DNA of 64,000 nucleotides, from IMG/VR virus record IMGVR_UViG_3300046490_000039, positions 1 through 64,000 of that record. One strand, written 5' to 3'. The first letter of the stretch is position 1. Every line of letters starts with the position of its first letter. Position numbers and translations under genes: made by a program. Positions 16,437-28,307 of this stretch are shown here, piece after piece. Under the pieces are notes generated by a model, which had not been told where the DNA came from, ran no database searches, and saw only the letters and a program-made list of their open reading frames with translations. This DNA is from a virus. Taxonomy: Duplodnaviria > Caudoviricetes.

Positions 16437-18505
16437 GCGCCGCCTTCCCGTTCCCAGCGTGGCTGAACCACGAGGACGGCTCCTACACCACGCTCTGGGC
16501 AACCGAGCGAGCTGGCTTCCACGCCAGGATGTTCCCTGAGCAGATCGCCCACTTGTCCCGCCGCTTCCCGCACTCCCCGATCCAGTCCATCGCCGTCGAC
16601 ACCCCCTCCAACATCATCTGGAGGCGCTCGTGATCACCGTCCCCTACCCGGAGGCCTTCCACTCGGCCCGCTGGTGGCGAATCGTCGCTCGTGACGGTAG
16701 CCTCTGGTGTGAGACATCCGATCGCCAAGAGGCCCTCGACCGCATGCGCCCTGAGGACACCCCCCAGCGCCTCTACACCTATACCCTGGAAGAATGGAGA
16801 GATCAGTGACCGTCACCTACACCTACGACTGGGACGCCCAGGGTAACCCCCTGACCGTTCCCGTGATCCCGGAGAACGTGTACTGGCTCCCTGACAAGAA
16901 GGGCGATCCCGTGATGCAGCTCGTGGCGTTCCCTGGACCCTGCCCGGTCTTCGATCCTGAGACGGAGCGTAAGGCCTCCCGCAACCCCCTCGGCCAGACA
17001 CGCCGCTGGGTGTTCCTCACCTCCACCCTGAAGGACGCAGCATGACCATCGAGTGCCTCCCCAACGACATCATCGAGTGGCTCCAGGCCCGCCCTGATGA
17101 GGTCACTCGTGTCCACAACAGCATCGCCGTCTCGATGGCGCAGGAGATCAAGCGCTCTCGCCAGACCCTACGAGAGGCCCGTGAGATCCTCGCTCATCCC
17201 CGCTACGGTAGCGGTGACGCTATGCGCCATCTCCACGCTCTCCGCAGCCTCCTGGAGGAGACGGCATGACTGCGCTCACTTACACCCCACTCATCGACCG
17301 TGCCGTGGCCAACGCCACCAACCCTGATCGAGCCGGTACCGCTTTCATCAGCGAGATCCAGAGGCTCGCCTACGAGGTTCAGGAATCTCGTGTCCGGATT
17401 CCCGCTCTAGAGGACCAGCCCAATATCGCAACGACGGAAGCACTCAAGGAGGCCCGCCGTGGGTGAGCTGAATGACGAGCAGATCGCCGTCTTCGCCGTC
17501 TACGGCGAGGGGGATGATCTAGCTGACTTCGATCACACGATAGCCGAAATGGCGCAGGAGCTACAGCGGTGGCGCAAGGCGTCACCCTACGATCCAAGGA
17601 CCACCGCCCTACTGCTCGACGCACAGCGATCCAGCATCAAAGAGCTGAAGGACCTCTCCTACCGCCTGGCTGCCTCCCTGCGCCGCACTGGCGTTGAACG
17701 TGGCGGTGTGGCAGCTTTCAAGTTCTACGACCAGGACGAGGCTCGTGCTGCCCTGAGGCAGTACGATGAGCTGACTGGGCTAGCGCTGTGAAGACCAAGC
17801 GCTACATGGTCACGGAGTGGTGGTCGTGGGACGGCACCTACGCCGTGTGGCACGTCCGCCGCTTCTTCCCTACCACGCTCGTGTGGCGTGGCCGCTCCCG
17901 CACTCGTGCGTTCGCTCTTTGTGACGCACTCAACGACGCACTACTGGAAGAGAGACGAGGAAAGCTGTGATCATGAACCCCAAGGTCTACACCTATGTCA
18001 GGGACATGGCCCCATCCTGCGCCACGTGTGGCGTTCGCTCTGGTCGTCACTGGTACACGGCCGAGGCCCGTATCGAGTACAACCGTGGCGGCTTCATGTG
18101 GCAGGCCTCTGCCCGTACCCGTCGTGGCGCTATCCGCCGTCTCCGCCGTGAGATGGTCGACCCGAAGCGGGTGGACTCGTGAACGAGACGCTCGTCTACG
18201 CTGACACCTACTACGCTCTCCGTGACGAGCTGGATCTGATCCGCAACGAGCGGGACGCTCTGGCGGAGAGGCTCGTCGAGCGGGAGCGGGAGATCGCTTC
18301 CCTCCGTGCGATGCTCCCTAGCTACTGGATCGACCGCACCGACAAGGATCTCCGGATCTTCAACCTCTCGTGGGCGATGTCGCTCCACGAGCTGAAGAGG
18401 ATGGACCCCTACCAGGCGAAGGACTACGCTGACTGGCTCGCCGTTCGCTTCACCCGTCAGATCGAGGACGAGATGCTAACGCTACAGCAGGAGGAAGTCA
18501 AGTGA
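16433..18505 (+). CDS. Array of about 9 small coupled hypothetical genes
   Basis: Overlapping ORFs starting at 16433, 16630, 16794, 17042, 17266, 17459, 17788, 17967, 18179. Confidence 0.6.
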
Positions 18506-19302
18506 TTGTCCCCGCCTACACAACCCAGGACGGAGCGCTCGTGACTCATGACATGAGCACCCCGCTCGGCTCCCCCCACTTCCTGACCCTCTCAGGCTCT
18601 CGCCTCTACGGCATGCACACTGACGGCTCGGACTACGACTACGTGGGTGCGCTGATCGAGCCTCCCGAGTACCGGCTCGGTCTCGCCAACTACAGCCAGC
18701 CCCCGAACGAGCAGCACGGCTTTCAGCAGCATATCGTGCGCCAGCCCGGCTACGAGGGTACGATCTACTCACTGCACAAGCTGGTGTCGATGCTCGCTGA
18801 CGGCAACCCTACGATGCTGTGCGTGCTCTTCTCGCACCCGATCATCGACCTGTACGGGATCTGCTCAGATGAGACCTTCCGTAGCGCCGTCTTCTCGCAG
18901 CGTACCGGCCACCGGTTCCTGGCGTACATGGCAGCGCAACGCCGTGCGCTCACGAGCGAGAAGTCACGGCACGTGACACGCAAGGCCCTGATCGAGGCGC
19001 ACGGGTACGACACGAAGTACGCCGCTCACGTGATCCGGCTCGGGATGCAGGGGGTCGAGTTCCTGACGACCCGCTCGGTCACGCTCCCGATTCCCCTGGA
19101 GCTGCGCTCGATCCTGCTCGGCATCCGCATGGGCGGCTACTCGCTCGACGCCGTGCTCGACATGGCGGACCGCCTTGAGGCTGAGATGACGGCCCTGGTC
19201 AAGGACCCGGTGCTGTTCTTCTACGAGCAGCCGGATCGAGAGTTCCTGAGCCGCTGGCTGATCGCCCGCTACAAGAATTTCTACAGCAACCCCTTCGCCT
19301 GA
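18502..19302 (+). CDS. Pol-beta-superfamily nucleotidyltransferase
   Basis: GSRLYG..TDGSDYDYVG, GNPT, GYDTKYAAHVIRLGMQG. Confidence 0.85.
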   Translation: MIVPAYTTQDGALVTHDMSTPLGSPHFLTLSGSRLYGMHTDGSDYDYVGALIEPPEYRLGLANYSQPPNEQHGFQQHIVRQPGYEGTIYSLHKLVSMLADGNPTMLCVLFSHPIIDLYGICSDETFRSAVFSQRTGHRFLAYMAAQRRALTSEKSRHVTRKALIEAHGYDTKYAAHVIRLGMQGVEFLTTRSVTLPIPLELRSILLGIRMGGYSLDAVLDMADRLEAEMTALVKDPVLFFYEQPDREFLSRWLIARYKNFYSNPFA

Positions 19303-19321
19303 AAGATTCTCCAGAAATCCC

Positions 19322-19357
19322 TTGACATCGACACTCAGAGAGCGCATAATGAAGTTG
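19322..19357 (+). promoter_or_regulatory. Conserved promoter copy 2
   Basis: TTGACA-N17-CATAAT-GAAGTTG. Confidence 0.88.
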
Positions 19358-19378
19358 TACCCCCACGAAAGGCCCACC

Positions 19379-22023
19379 ATGTTCGTCAAAGCCCCCGCCC
19401 GCAAAGTTGACTCCGCCGACAAGAGCACCTGGCTCGACGTGCAGCCAGAGTGGATGCCCACCGAGGTCGAAGGCGATCCGGTGACCGGCTGGCGTGCCAT
19501 GACCGAGCGAGACGGTTCGGTCTCGTACGTGGTCGGGTACACGGTGGTCACGACGAGCGGCCTCTACGAGGCCGACAACGATGGCGTCTTCTACCGGGCC
19601 GCTGCGCTCCATCCGGTGGTCGCACGATGAGCGCCCGCAAGCCCTACCCTGACTGCGTGTACCTCGACGAGGTGTGGACGGTGGGCGTCTACCCTGGCAA
19701 GTGGGTCTGGACCTACTACGTCACGGTGGACAACGCCTTCCTGACGCCTCAGGTCGTTTCCGGTTCGACCTTCGCTCAGCGCACGTGGACCAAGAAAGCG
19801 GCGGCGCTCCGTGCCGCTACGAAGATGGCCGACGCTCTTGGCCTGAAGGTCCTGGTGCCTGATGTCTGACCCATTTCACATTCGCCGCATTAGCTGGCGT
19901 CCGCTCAAGGGCAGGGGCGAGTACCGCACCCTGCACATTGACATCGAGCCGACGTTCAGCGAGCGTGTCGTCCCGCCCGCTGGGGAGGACTACGCCTTCA
20001 ACGTGCAGCACTACCGCTCCAGCGTCGAGATCTCTGTCAGCCCTTCCGGGCGCAGCGTGCAGGTGTTCGTGGACGGGGTGAAAGTTCGATGATCCGCCTA
20101 GAGGAAGAGATCAAGTGGCTCCTGGTCAACTGGCTCGACATTCAGGAGAGGGCAGCCGAACAGAGTGCAGCGATCATCCTGGACAGCGAGGAGATGCGCC
20201 ACGTCCGCATGGCGCTCTACTCGATGCGCCCTGGTGGGTCGAACGATGACTCGGCTACCCAGTGCGGTACGTGGGACTGGCGTCACCTCCCCGAGAGTGT
20301 TATCGAATGGGCTAACACCACGCAGCCGGACGAGACCTACGCCGACCGCTACTGGAAGCCTTGACCCTGTGCCACCCCTGTGCCATACTGAAGACCTACC
20401 GAGAGGAAAGCAATGACCAAGAACTACGAGTGGAAACTGATCACGGGCGTGTCGCCGGTCGGCTCCGAGGTTGAGACCTGGGACTACGTGGAGACCGCTG
20501 ACGACTACCGTGAGCGCTACTACTTCAACGTGATCCCGGATGAGGCCGTGACCGAGCTGTACCGGATCGAGAGCACGAACGACATCGAGTTCCTGCTGTT
20601 CAGCCTCATCGTGCTGGGCACCGACCCGGAGACGGTCGTGTCGTTCAATGTCTCGGTCCCCGGCGAGTATTCGTTCCTGGCGCTCGGGTGGATGCGTGCC
20701 GCTGACGCTCACGCTCGGATCGTCTCCTGGCTGGAGGCAGTGAAGTGACTGCTCTCTACATCATCTCAGCCATCCTCTACGTGCTGGTCGGGTTCTTCTT
20801 CTCGGCCCTGGCGTACGGGGAGACTCAGCGGCCCGGAAAGACATGCGGCATCAAGGCACTGGACGCTGCGTTCGCTCTCATGCTGTTCGGCGTGCTCTGG
20901 CCGATCGGTGCAGCGTTCTTCCTGTTGGGTTATCTGGGCACTATGTGGATCGACTTCTCCAAGAAACTGAGGGACCGGAAATGACCGCCCAGACCGTTGA
21001 AGAGTACCGAGCGCTGAACGCTCGACTCACCCGTGACATCAACGCCGCCAACAGGCGAGCGTATCTGGCCAACGATCTGCTCGCCGGACAGGCGGACGAG
21101 GCGTTTGCTTCCTGGGACCGTGCGTGGCAGCTCAAGAGAGCGCTCGGGCAGGCGATCGAGCTGATCGAGGGACTGGCGTGGCAGCACGCTATGCCGGACG
21201 ACTTCTACGTCGGGCCGCTCGCAGCGCTGAAGCTGATCCACGAGGCGGACGGATGATGAGCAAAGAGATTGAGTTCAGGGACGGCGCTCTACACCTCACC
21301 ACCTGGGTCGGGCACGGGAGAGCCTTCGCCGCTACGCTCATGTGGTGTAGTGATCACTACGAACCGGTCTGGGTCTACAGCGACGGGAGCTACGGCTGTC
21401 CGTACGATCAGGTCGTCGGGTGCGATACACACCATACGATCGTGAACTTTCCGACCGATCCAGCACGGACGAGGGTAGAATCGCAACATGACTGAGATCT
21501 TGATCAAGGACGCCAGGGTGCGCCTGCCCTACTACGACGAGGGTGCCTACGTGCAGGTCTCGGGTGTTGGGGACTCACACTTCCTCGGATACCTACACGT
21601 CGAGGCTGACCCGCTGGACGATGGCGAGGCGTGGTACGATTCGTCGCTCTCGTGGGAGGCGTACGTGGCCCCGCCCGTCTACAAGGACTGGACGCTCCGC
21701 ACGATCGAGCGCATCCCCGTAGAGGGTGATCGCTATGTGCACGAGGACGGCCGTGTGCTCGTTTGGTACATGGCGGACAGCGGTGTGCCGCTGGACGTGA
21801 TCGTGGACGGAAAGGCGGTACCGGCGTGAGGTACTGCTACATTCGTGCCACGCACCCCTACGGCTACCGCAGCGGGCAGTGGGCGAAGATCACGGGCGTA
21901 GAGTGGTCGCTGGCGTATCAGCGCCCCGTGTACGCCGTGACGTTCGTGGACGGCATCACGGACTACTGGCCGGTCACTGACGGCAATGATCCATACGAGT
22001 TCTCCGCCGAGCCGAGGGCCTGA
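19379..22023 (+). CDS. Array of about 10 small hypothetical genes, including a membrane protein at 20745-20984
   Basis: Consecutive overlapping ORFs; internal promoter TTGACC-N17-CATACT at 20361. Confidence 0.6.
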
Positions 22024-22193
22024 TGCCGCTCTATACCTATCGCTTCGACGACACCGGCAAGACCACAGAGGTCCGCCAGTCCATCCACGATGACGCCCTG
22101 ACCGAGATCGACGGTCGACCGGTCCAGCGCATTATCGTCACCGCACCGCCCGCCATCTTCAATGCTGACGGATTCTATCGGAACACACGATGA
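22023..22193 (+). CDS. FmdB-like small protein lacking the Zn-ribbon cysteines
   Basis: MPLYTYR..E.RQSIHDD.L...VQRII...IF...GFY. Confidence 0.6.
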   Translation: MPLYTYRFDDTGKTTEVRQSIHDDALTEIDGRPVQRIIVTAPPAIFNADGFYRNTR

Positions 22194-22376
22194 TACCCTT
22201 CCCCTCCAGCACGATCATCGCAGCCGTGAAGTACGTGTTGTCGCTGACCGACGCACAGCGCAAGAACGCTTGTGACGCTGGCGTGCTCGACCGCATGTTC
22301 CTCAATCAACTTGTTCTGCTCGATCTGTCCGAACGCTTCGATTGCCCGATAGGCTGAACCCAACGAAAGGCCCACT

Positions 22377-23235
22377 ATGACAGCCCCCAACTACCGCTTC
22401 GTACTCCGCTCTGGCTTCACGTTCAGCGTGTACCTGGAGAAGTACGAGGTCACCGAAGAGACCATGAAGGCGGCCGGTATCCAGTACCTCGTGCTGGACG
22501 ACATCTCCGCCGTGCTCATCATTCCCCCGATGGCGGACGCCCCGGCCATCCCGACCGAGACCCCCAAGCAGGCCGCCTCCCGCCACCGTGCTGCCAAGAA
22601 GCCAGCGGGACACTTTCGGGCAAGGCACCCATCGGAAGTCAAGCCGAGCTGGCCGGGAGAGGTGACCATCTGATGCCTGACCGACCGACATTCCGAGTGG
22701 CGCTCAAGGCGCTCCGTGACGAGTACGACATCTACTGCAAGAGCTGTGCGTTCTTCGATCCGTACAACAGCATCAGCACGTGGGGTCACTGCTCCCTCAA
22801 CTGGGAAGGGACCGCCAGCAACAACTGGTGCGTGTCCCACCAGATCGAGATGGCGTGATGTCCACCTACCCCCGCAAGCCCAAGCCCAAGAATTGGCAGT
22901 GGTGTGGGCACGCCCACCACTTCTGCGGCTCCCGTAGCTGCGATTGGCATATGGCTACGTTCGTAGCCGATGGCACGGTGCTCGTGTCGAGCGTTGGCGA
23001 CTACTACCCGCCGCACCTGAACGGCAAACGTGACACGCTCGGTTGTTCCGACGACTCATGGTACGAGACGTTCGTGTTTCAGTCGTCCCCGTACACGCTG
23101 GACTCGTGCCCGATCACCGAGTACAACGAGCTAGAGTCCGAGCGCTACGCTACCGTCGAGGAAGCGAACGCCGGGCACTACGCTCTGTGTCTCAAGTACG
23201 ATGCTCAGGGTCCTGGGCTGGAGGTGTCTCACTGA
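22377..23235 (+). CDS. Three small hypothetical genes, two of them Cys/His-rich
   Basis: ORFs 22377-22673, 22673-22858, about 22858-23235. Confidence 0.55.
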
Positions 23236-23519
23236 TGGCGCTCTACCGCAAGAGGCCGGTCGTGATCGAAGCCCGGCAGACGGGCATCGACTACGACACG
23301 GACCTGGAGATCATGGCGTGGTGTGACGCACAGTTACTCCGCTCTCCCAGCTACGAGCGTGAGGAGAGCGCTCTGTTCGTCATCCCCACGCTGGAGGGCG
23401 ACATGCTGGTGTGCTCCGGCGACTACGTGATCAAGGGCGTGGCCGGAGAGTTCTACCCGTGTAAGCCAGAAATCTTTGCCGCCAGCTACGAGAAAGTTGA
23501 CAACGATGGACATCCTTGA
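23235..23519 (+). CDS. Conserved phage protein RKxPVVIEA..TLEG..GDY..GEFYPCKP (possible Acb4-like sponge)
   Basis: Widespread phage family motif; the Acb4 link is from memory and unverified. Confidence 0.6.
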   Translation: MALYRKRPVVIEARQTGIDYDTDLEIMAWCDAQLLRSPSYEREESALFVIPTLEGDMLVCSGDYVIKGVAGEFYPCKPEIFAASYEKVDNDGHP

Positions 23520-23804
23520 TAGACTCCGCACCGAGTCCTACACGAACACCGCCCCGGTGCTGACGGCGGCTCACGACGAGATCGTGCGGCTCACTGCAAT
23601 GGTGGACGTGCTGAAGCGTCTCCTGAGCGAGTCCCTCGCCATCTTCTCCGTGATGGAGAAGGCGATCAAGGGCGAGATCTCCAACGAGGCGGGACTGACC
23701 GCCATCGAGGACTGGATCATCGACGTGCAGCCGGACGTTGAGCACTGGGTCGAGCTGAAGGCGCAGACTGTAGCCTAGAGGCTGCACAATCTGTAGCCTA
23801 GGGA

Positions 23805-24731
23805 TCAGTGCAGGGCGTCGTAGTCGATCTTGGCCCAGGTCTGTGCGCCAACGATCCCGTCCACCACGATGTGAGTGGCGGTCTGGTAGGCCTTGACGGC
23901 AGTGTTCGTGACGGGACCGAAGAACCCATCGAGCGCCAGCTTGGCACCCTTCTTGTTGAGCACGCCCTGGAGGTACTTCACGAGGTCGCCCGTACTGTTC
24001 AGCTTCACCGTCGCCTTGTAGGGGTCTACGGGGTAGAGACCGAAGAGCTGATGAGCGGGATCGAACACGGGCGGCTTGGTCGGGACCGGCGACGGGATGC
24101 CACCGGGAGCGGGCTGCTGACCCATTGCCACTGTGAGTGAGTTCCGAAAGGCGTTCATGTTCCACGTGCCGGTGACGGCCCACGGTGACGGCCCTGCCGG
24201 GTCGATCTTGTTGCCGACCTGCCACTCGGCGTGGGCACGCACGTGGCTGACCGGGATCTTGTAGAACGCCGCCAGTGCGGCGACACCCTTGACGTACGAG
24301 GTCGTCTCGACGGCGGGCCACTTCTCCGAGCTGTCGCCACGGTTGGCCGCTTCGATGCCGATCGAGTAGAAGTTCATCATGTCGTTTGGCACCCCGCCAC
24401 CCCACGAGTCGTGGCCGCCACCGGCGTGCGCTGTACGCCCAGCGGCGATAACCCACCAGGCCCCCTTACGGTCTAGGTACAGGTTGCTGATCGGGCCGCC
24501 CCAGGCAGCACCGTGCATGTTGTAGTTCACGTCCGCTAGGCCATCGGTCGAGGGGTTCGATGCAGTGTGGTGCATGATGATGTGGGTGAGCTGGCCGGGG
24601 TTGTAGCCGGGCCACGAGGTCGAGCCGCTCGGGTTGACGAAGCAGCGGGTCTTCCATCCGGCAACCTCGTGCACGACGAGGCCCGCCTTCCGGAGAACGT
24701 CTGCCATCTCTGTGAGCCATCGAACTGTCAT
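23805..24731 (-). CDS. Endolysin: Amidase_2 plus peptidoglycan-binding domain
   Basis: HHTAS, HAGGG, SIGIEA, HAEW..KIDP; VKYLQ..L..DGFFGP.T..AVKAYQ..DGIVG..TW; TAAGCT-N6-ATG. Confidence 0.92.
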   Translation of the reverse strand: MTVRWLTEMADVLRKAGLVVHEVAGWKTRCFVNPSGSTSWPGYNPGQLTHIIMHHTASNPSTDGLADVNYNMHGAAWGGPISNLYLDRKGAWWVIAAGRTAHAGGGHDSWGGGVPNDMMNFYSIGIEAANRGDSSEKWPAVETTSYVKGVAALAAFYKIPVSHVRAHAEWQVGNKIDPAGPSPWAVTGTWNMNAFRNSLTVAMGQQPAPGGIPSPVPTKPPVFDPAHQLFGLYPVDPYKATVKLNSTGDLVKYLQGVLNKKGAKLALDGFFGPVTNTAVKAYQTATHIVVDGIVGAQTWAKIDYDALH

Positions 24732-24836
24732 GCCCCCAGCTTACTTGACCCACACCGCCCCAACGATGTAGACTCTCTCACCCGATTCTCACCCGAAACC
24801 ACGGGCGCTGCCGATCTAGCGTGTTACGCTAGGCCC

Positions 24837-25208
24837 ATGACCTTACCGACCCGAAAGCCAGTGCAGAAGCTCTCGGTAGCCGCCCGAGCCAAGACCGTCG
24901 TGACGACCGCCACCGTGTGCGCCATCGTGGCGTTCGCTTCCTTCATGGGGATCAAGTCGAACGCCTCGACGCCCCCCTCCCTCGCCGTACCCGCTCTCTC
25001 GCTCCCTCCCCAGCAGGTGATCGTGAAGGTCGTGTACGTCACAGTCCCGAGCACCTCCACGACCCCTCAGACGCCCTCCAGCGCCCCTGTGGCGGCCGCT
25101 ACGCCCCCCAAGGCCACCTACCTACCCCCGGCCACTGCGGCGGTAGCAGCGCCCCCTTTAGCGGTAGCGAAGCCGACTCCAGCTCTCACGAGTCGGACTA
25201 GCCACTGA
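24837..25208 (+). CDS. Membrane-anchored Pro/Thr/Ala-rich protein
   Basis: One hydrophobic segment; TACGCT-N6-ATG; divergent from the endolysin. Confidence 0.6.
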   Translation: MTLPTRKPVQKLSVAARAKTVVTTATVCAIVAFASFMGIKSNASTPPSLAVPALSLPPQQVIVKVVYVTVPSTSTTPQTPSSAPVAAATPPKATYLPPATAAVAAPPLAVAKPTPALTSRTSH

Positions 25209-25280
25209 CAGACCGTGGATCGGGAGTGCCGTACGTGTAACCGCCGCCATTCCCGTGAGAGCTACCATCGAAAGAAATCA

Positions 25281-25346
25281 GAAATAACCCTGTGACCAGG
25301 GACGATGCACTTGACTTTCCCACCCGGAAGGCGCATAATGAAGTTG
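25281..25346 (+). promoter_or_regulatory. Conserved promoter copy 3 with upstream 21-bp element
   Basis: GAAATAACCCTGTGACCAGGG; TTGACT(25311)-N17-CATAAT-GAAGTTG. Confidence 0.85.
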
Positions 25347-25378
25347 TGGCCGGAGGGACCGGCCCGGAGAGGATCGAA

Positions 25379-26004
25379 ATGGCCAAGAGCACAAAGTTCA
25401 CGGCGGTTCTGCCTGACGGTACGGTCGCCAAGCGCACCAGCGAGAACCGGACCTACAGCCACGCCGTGGCGTACCGGGTCCCGGCAGCCGTGCGTGTGAG
25501 CCGCCTCCTGGCCGAAGCCGAAGCCGCCGCCAAGTCCGCCGCCAGGTACGAGGCCGTCGCTTCTGGTGCGGTCCCGCCGCCCGAGGCCGCTGTGCGCTGG
25601 GGCTGGCCGGTCGAGCAGTATGTGGGCTGGGCCACCGACACCCGCAAGCGTGAGGCCGATCGTCGGGCCGAGGCCGCTGCGATCACCGGTCCGAGCGACT
25701 GGTGTGTCTCCGGCTGGAACGGTCGCTACGACCTGGCCGTGAAGCTCGCCGCCACCGAAACCAAGCGTGGCCACGAGGCCGTCATCGTCGAAGCCGTGAA
25801 GGGATGATCATGTTCACCGTCGAGTTGCAAGAGGTACTGTCCGACCAGGGCACCGTCGTGGTCTTCCAGGGTGTGGACGACGAGGGACGGACCGTGAGGT
25901 TCGCCGTCGATCACCGACCCGCCCAAGAGCTGGTCGACATCCTCTCCGAGGAAGGCCCGTTCCCGGTCGCCATCGAGGACTGGCAGGTTCTCGGAGTCTT
26001 CTGA
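25379..26004 (+). CDS. Two hypothetical genes (25379-25807, 25804-26004)
   Basis: SD-led ORFs behind promoter copy 3. Confidence 0.65.
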
Positions 26005-26012
26005 GAAATCCC

Positions 26013-26048
26013 TTGACATCCAGCGCCGAAAGGCGCATAATGAAGTTG
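26013..26048 (+). promoter_or_regulatory. Conserved promoter copy 4
   Basis: TTGACA-N17-CATAAT-GAAGTTG. Confidence 0.88.
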
Positions 26049-26080
26049 TGCCCGGAGAGTCCGGACCAGGAAGGATCGAG

Positions 26081-26946
26081 ATGCAGGTTTACTTGAGCGG
26101 TGAAGCTACGGTGGTCGGCGGGCTGAAAGTCCTGGAGCTGTCGGACGCCCCGCTGGTTCGCCGCCCTGATCGCATCTACACCACGCTCGACCTCCCCGAG
26201 GCCGACTACGCCGCCGCCGCCGCTGACTTCGCCAACGGCACCGCCCTCTTCCTCTGAAAGGACCCACAATGCCCCCCCTCGCACTCGCCATCAAGATCCG
26301 AGAGATGGAAGCCAAGGCCGCAGCCGACGCTGCCGCTGAGCGTGATCCGTTCAACGCCTTCGCCAAGGCCGACCTGGCGCTCATGGAGCTGGCCAAGGTC
26401 GAGCGTGCCGCCACGGGCGACACCCGTCTGGCCGACAAGGCGAGCCGTGAGCTGAACCGGCTCATGTCGCTGACCTGCGAGCTGGAGAACAAGCTTGCCG
26501 CCATCCGAGAGATGGTAGCGTGAGCAAGAACCCGAACGGAGGCTTCTCCAAGAAGTCAACCTCCCGTGAGTGGGGCCGCAAGCACCGCAAGGAAGAGGAG
26601 GGACTGCGTGGTCTCCGCCGCAAGGCGAAGGCCGAGGTGATCAACGAGCAGCTCCCGAGCTACTGGGACCAGCGTCCCGACGAGACCCGTGACGAGTGGA
26701 AACTCGCACCTTCATCCACCACTACAGCCAGGAGATCATGCCATGATGCCCGAAGAGCGCACCTTCCCCCTCCGCAACCCCAACCCGCCGACTATCCCGC
26801 AGCCGCCCGCCGACCCCATGGTCGACTACGTGGTCGTGGTTCGGTCACCACGGAAGGGTGATCGGTTCTTCGACGGCCCGACGATCAAGATGGCGGACCG
26901 TGACCTGACCTACCTGAAGTACCCGGTCATCATCTCCGAGTCCTGA
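26081..26946 (+). CDS. Small hypothetical genes (26081-26257, 26269-26523, 26520-26861, one ending 26946)
   Basis: ORFs behind promoter copy 4. Confidence 0.55.
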
Positions 26947-26979
26947 CCGTTCGGCGCTCCACCGTGCTACCCTTGCTCC

Positions 26980-27660
26980 ATGACCACCCTCGTTGACGTG
27001 ATCATTCCGACACGTTCCAACCGAGAGGGACTCGCCACCGTGCTCGGCGTGCTCTCGACCTCCCCCGGCATCGGGACCGTGTTCGTGGTCGGTGACGGCG
27101 AGGAAGCACGCTACGCTGCCGGTGTCCGGCACCCGTGGGTCCACACGCTCGCTGTCCATGACCGTTCCGGTATCCACCGCATGTGGAACGTGGCGCTGGA
27201 GCAGACCGAGCGTGGTCGACACGTGCTGTTCCTGAACGATGACGTGACGCTCGACAACGGCACGGTACCCTCTCTAGTGGCCGCTCTGGCCCGTTTCCCC
27301 GACCTAGGCCTGGTGTGTCCCAACTACGCCAACGAGGTCCTCCAGGACGACTACAGGGTGGTCTACGACACCTGTAGGGGGAGATACCACGGCGGCGGCG
27401 GGCTGGCTGGCTTCTGCATGATGCTCCGAGCGGACCTGGCCGACGAGTGGACCTTCGATGAGCGACTCACCTGGTGGTACGGGGACGACGACGTGCTGAA
27501 CTGGGTGACCAAGACCAAGGGCCTCAAGGCCGCCATCGTTCGTGGCTCGTTCTGCTCCAACAACTCTTCACACACCATCAACCACGACCCTCCCCCGGAC
27601 TTCGCCAACATCGTGCACCGGGACCGACTGGTCCACGAATCGAAATGGGGTAAGCAATGA
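26980..27660 (+). CDS. Glycosyltransferase family 2
   Basis: VDVIIPT, WNVAL, FLNDD, GFCMM, WWYGDDD; TACCCT-N6-ATG. Confidence 0.85.
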   Translation: MTTLVDVIIPTRSNREGLATVLGVLSTSPGIGTVFVVGDGEEARYAAGVRHPWVHTLAVHDRSGIHRMWNVALEQTERGRHVLFLNDDVTLDNGTVPSLVAALARFPDLGLVCPNYANEVLQDDYRVVYDTCRGRYHGGGGLAGFCMMLRADLADEWTFDERLTWWYGDDDVLNWVTKTKGLKAAIVRGSFCSNNSSHTINHDPPPDFANIVHRDRLVHESKWGKQ

Positions 27661-28265
27661 AGCACAAGCAGGTGACCGTCTGCATCGGTACCTACGGGGA
27701 CGCCGAGTGGTACGCCAAGGCGGTAGCGCTCGCCGGACCGACCGAGCTGGAGCAGGGGTGCGAGGTGGTCATCCGCCACGCCGACACGCTCGCACAGGCC
27801 CGCAACGATCTCGCAGAGGCAGCGAACGGTGAGTGGCTGATCTTCCTCGACGCCGACGACTCGCTGGAGCCTGGCTACGTGGGCGCTCTCATGTCCGCAC
27901 ACGGCGATCTCCGGGCACCGGCCGTCCGCTACGTGTACTCTGACGGCAGCTCGACCCCTCCGCAGACCTTCGGTGAGCGGGACATGCTGACGATGAATCA
28001 GTGCGTGATTGGCACCGCCATTCGGCGCTCGATGTTCTGGGACGTTGGCGGATTCTGGGAAGAGAGAGCGTGGGAGGACTGGAGTCTGTTTCGACGCATG
28101 TACCTGCTCGGTGCTTCGATTACGCACAATCCCGAAGCGATCTACCGTGCCACCGTGAACTATGGCGGGCGCAACGGGACCGTCTACAACCCTCAAGATC
28201 TGAACGAGGAGATCCGTCGATCGCACGAGGAGTGGCTCGTGAAGTATCATAGGGGCGATCTGTAG
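27657..28265 (+). CDS. Glycosyltransferase (GT-A fold)
   Basis: ARN..A..A.GEWLIFLDADD, VGGF..WEDW. Confidence 0.85.
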   Translation: MKHKQVTVCIGTYGDAEWYAKAVALAGPTELEQGCEVVIRHADTLAQARNDLAEAANGEWLIFLDADDSLEPGYVGALMSAHGDLRAPAVRYVYSDGSSTPPQTFGERDMLTMNQCVIGTAIRRSMFWDVGGFWEERAWEDWSLFRRMYLLGASITHNPEAIYRATVNYGGRNGTVYNPQDLNEEIRRSHEEWLVKYHRGDL

Positions 28266-28307
28266 TCGGACCGACCGAACCCCCGCTTACCGGTCTACAC
28301 TTACGGC

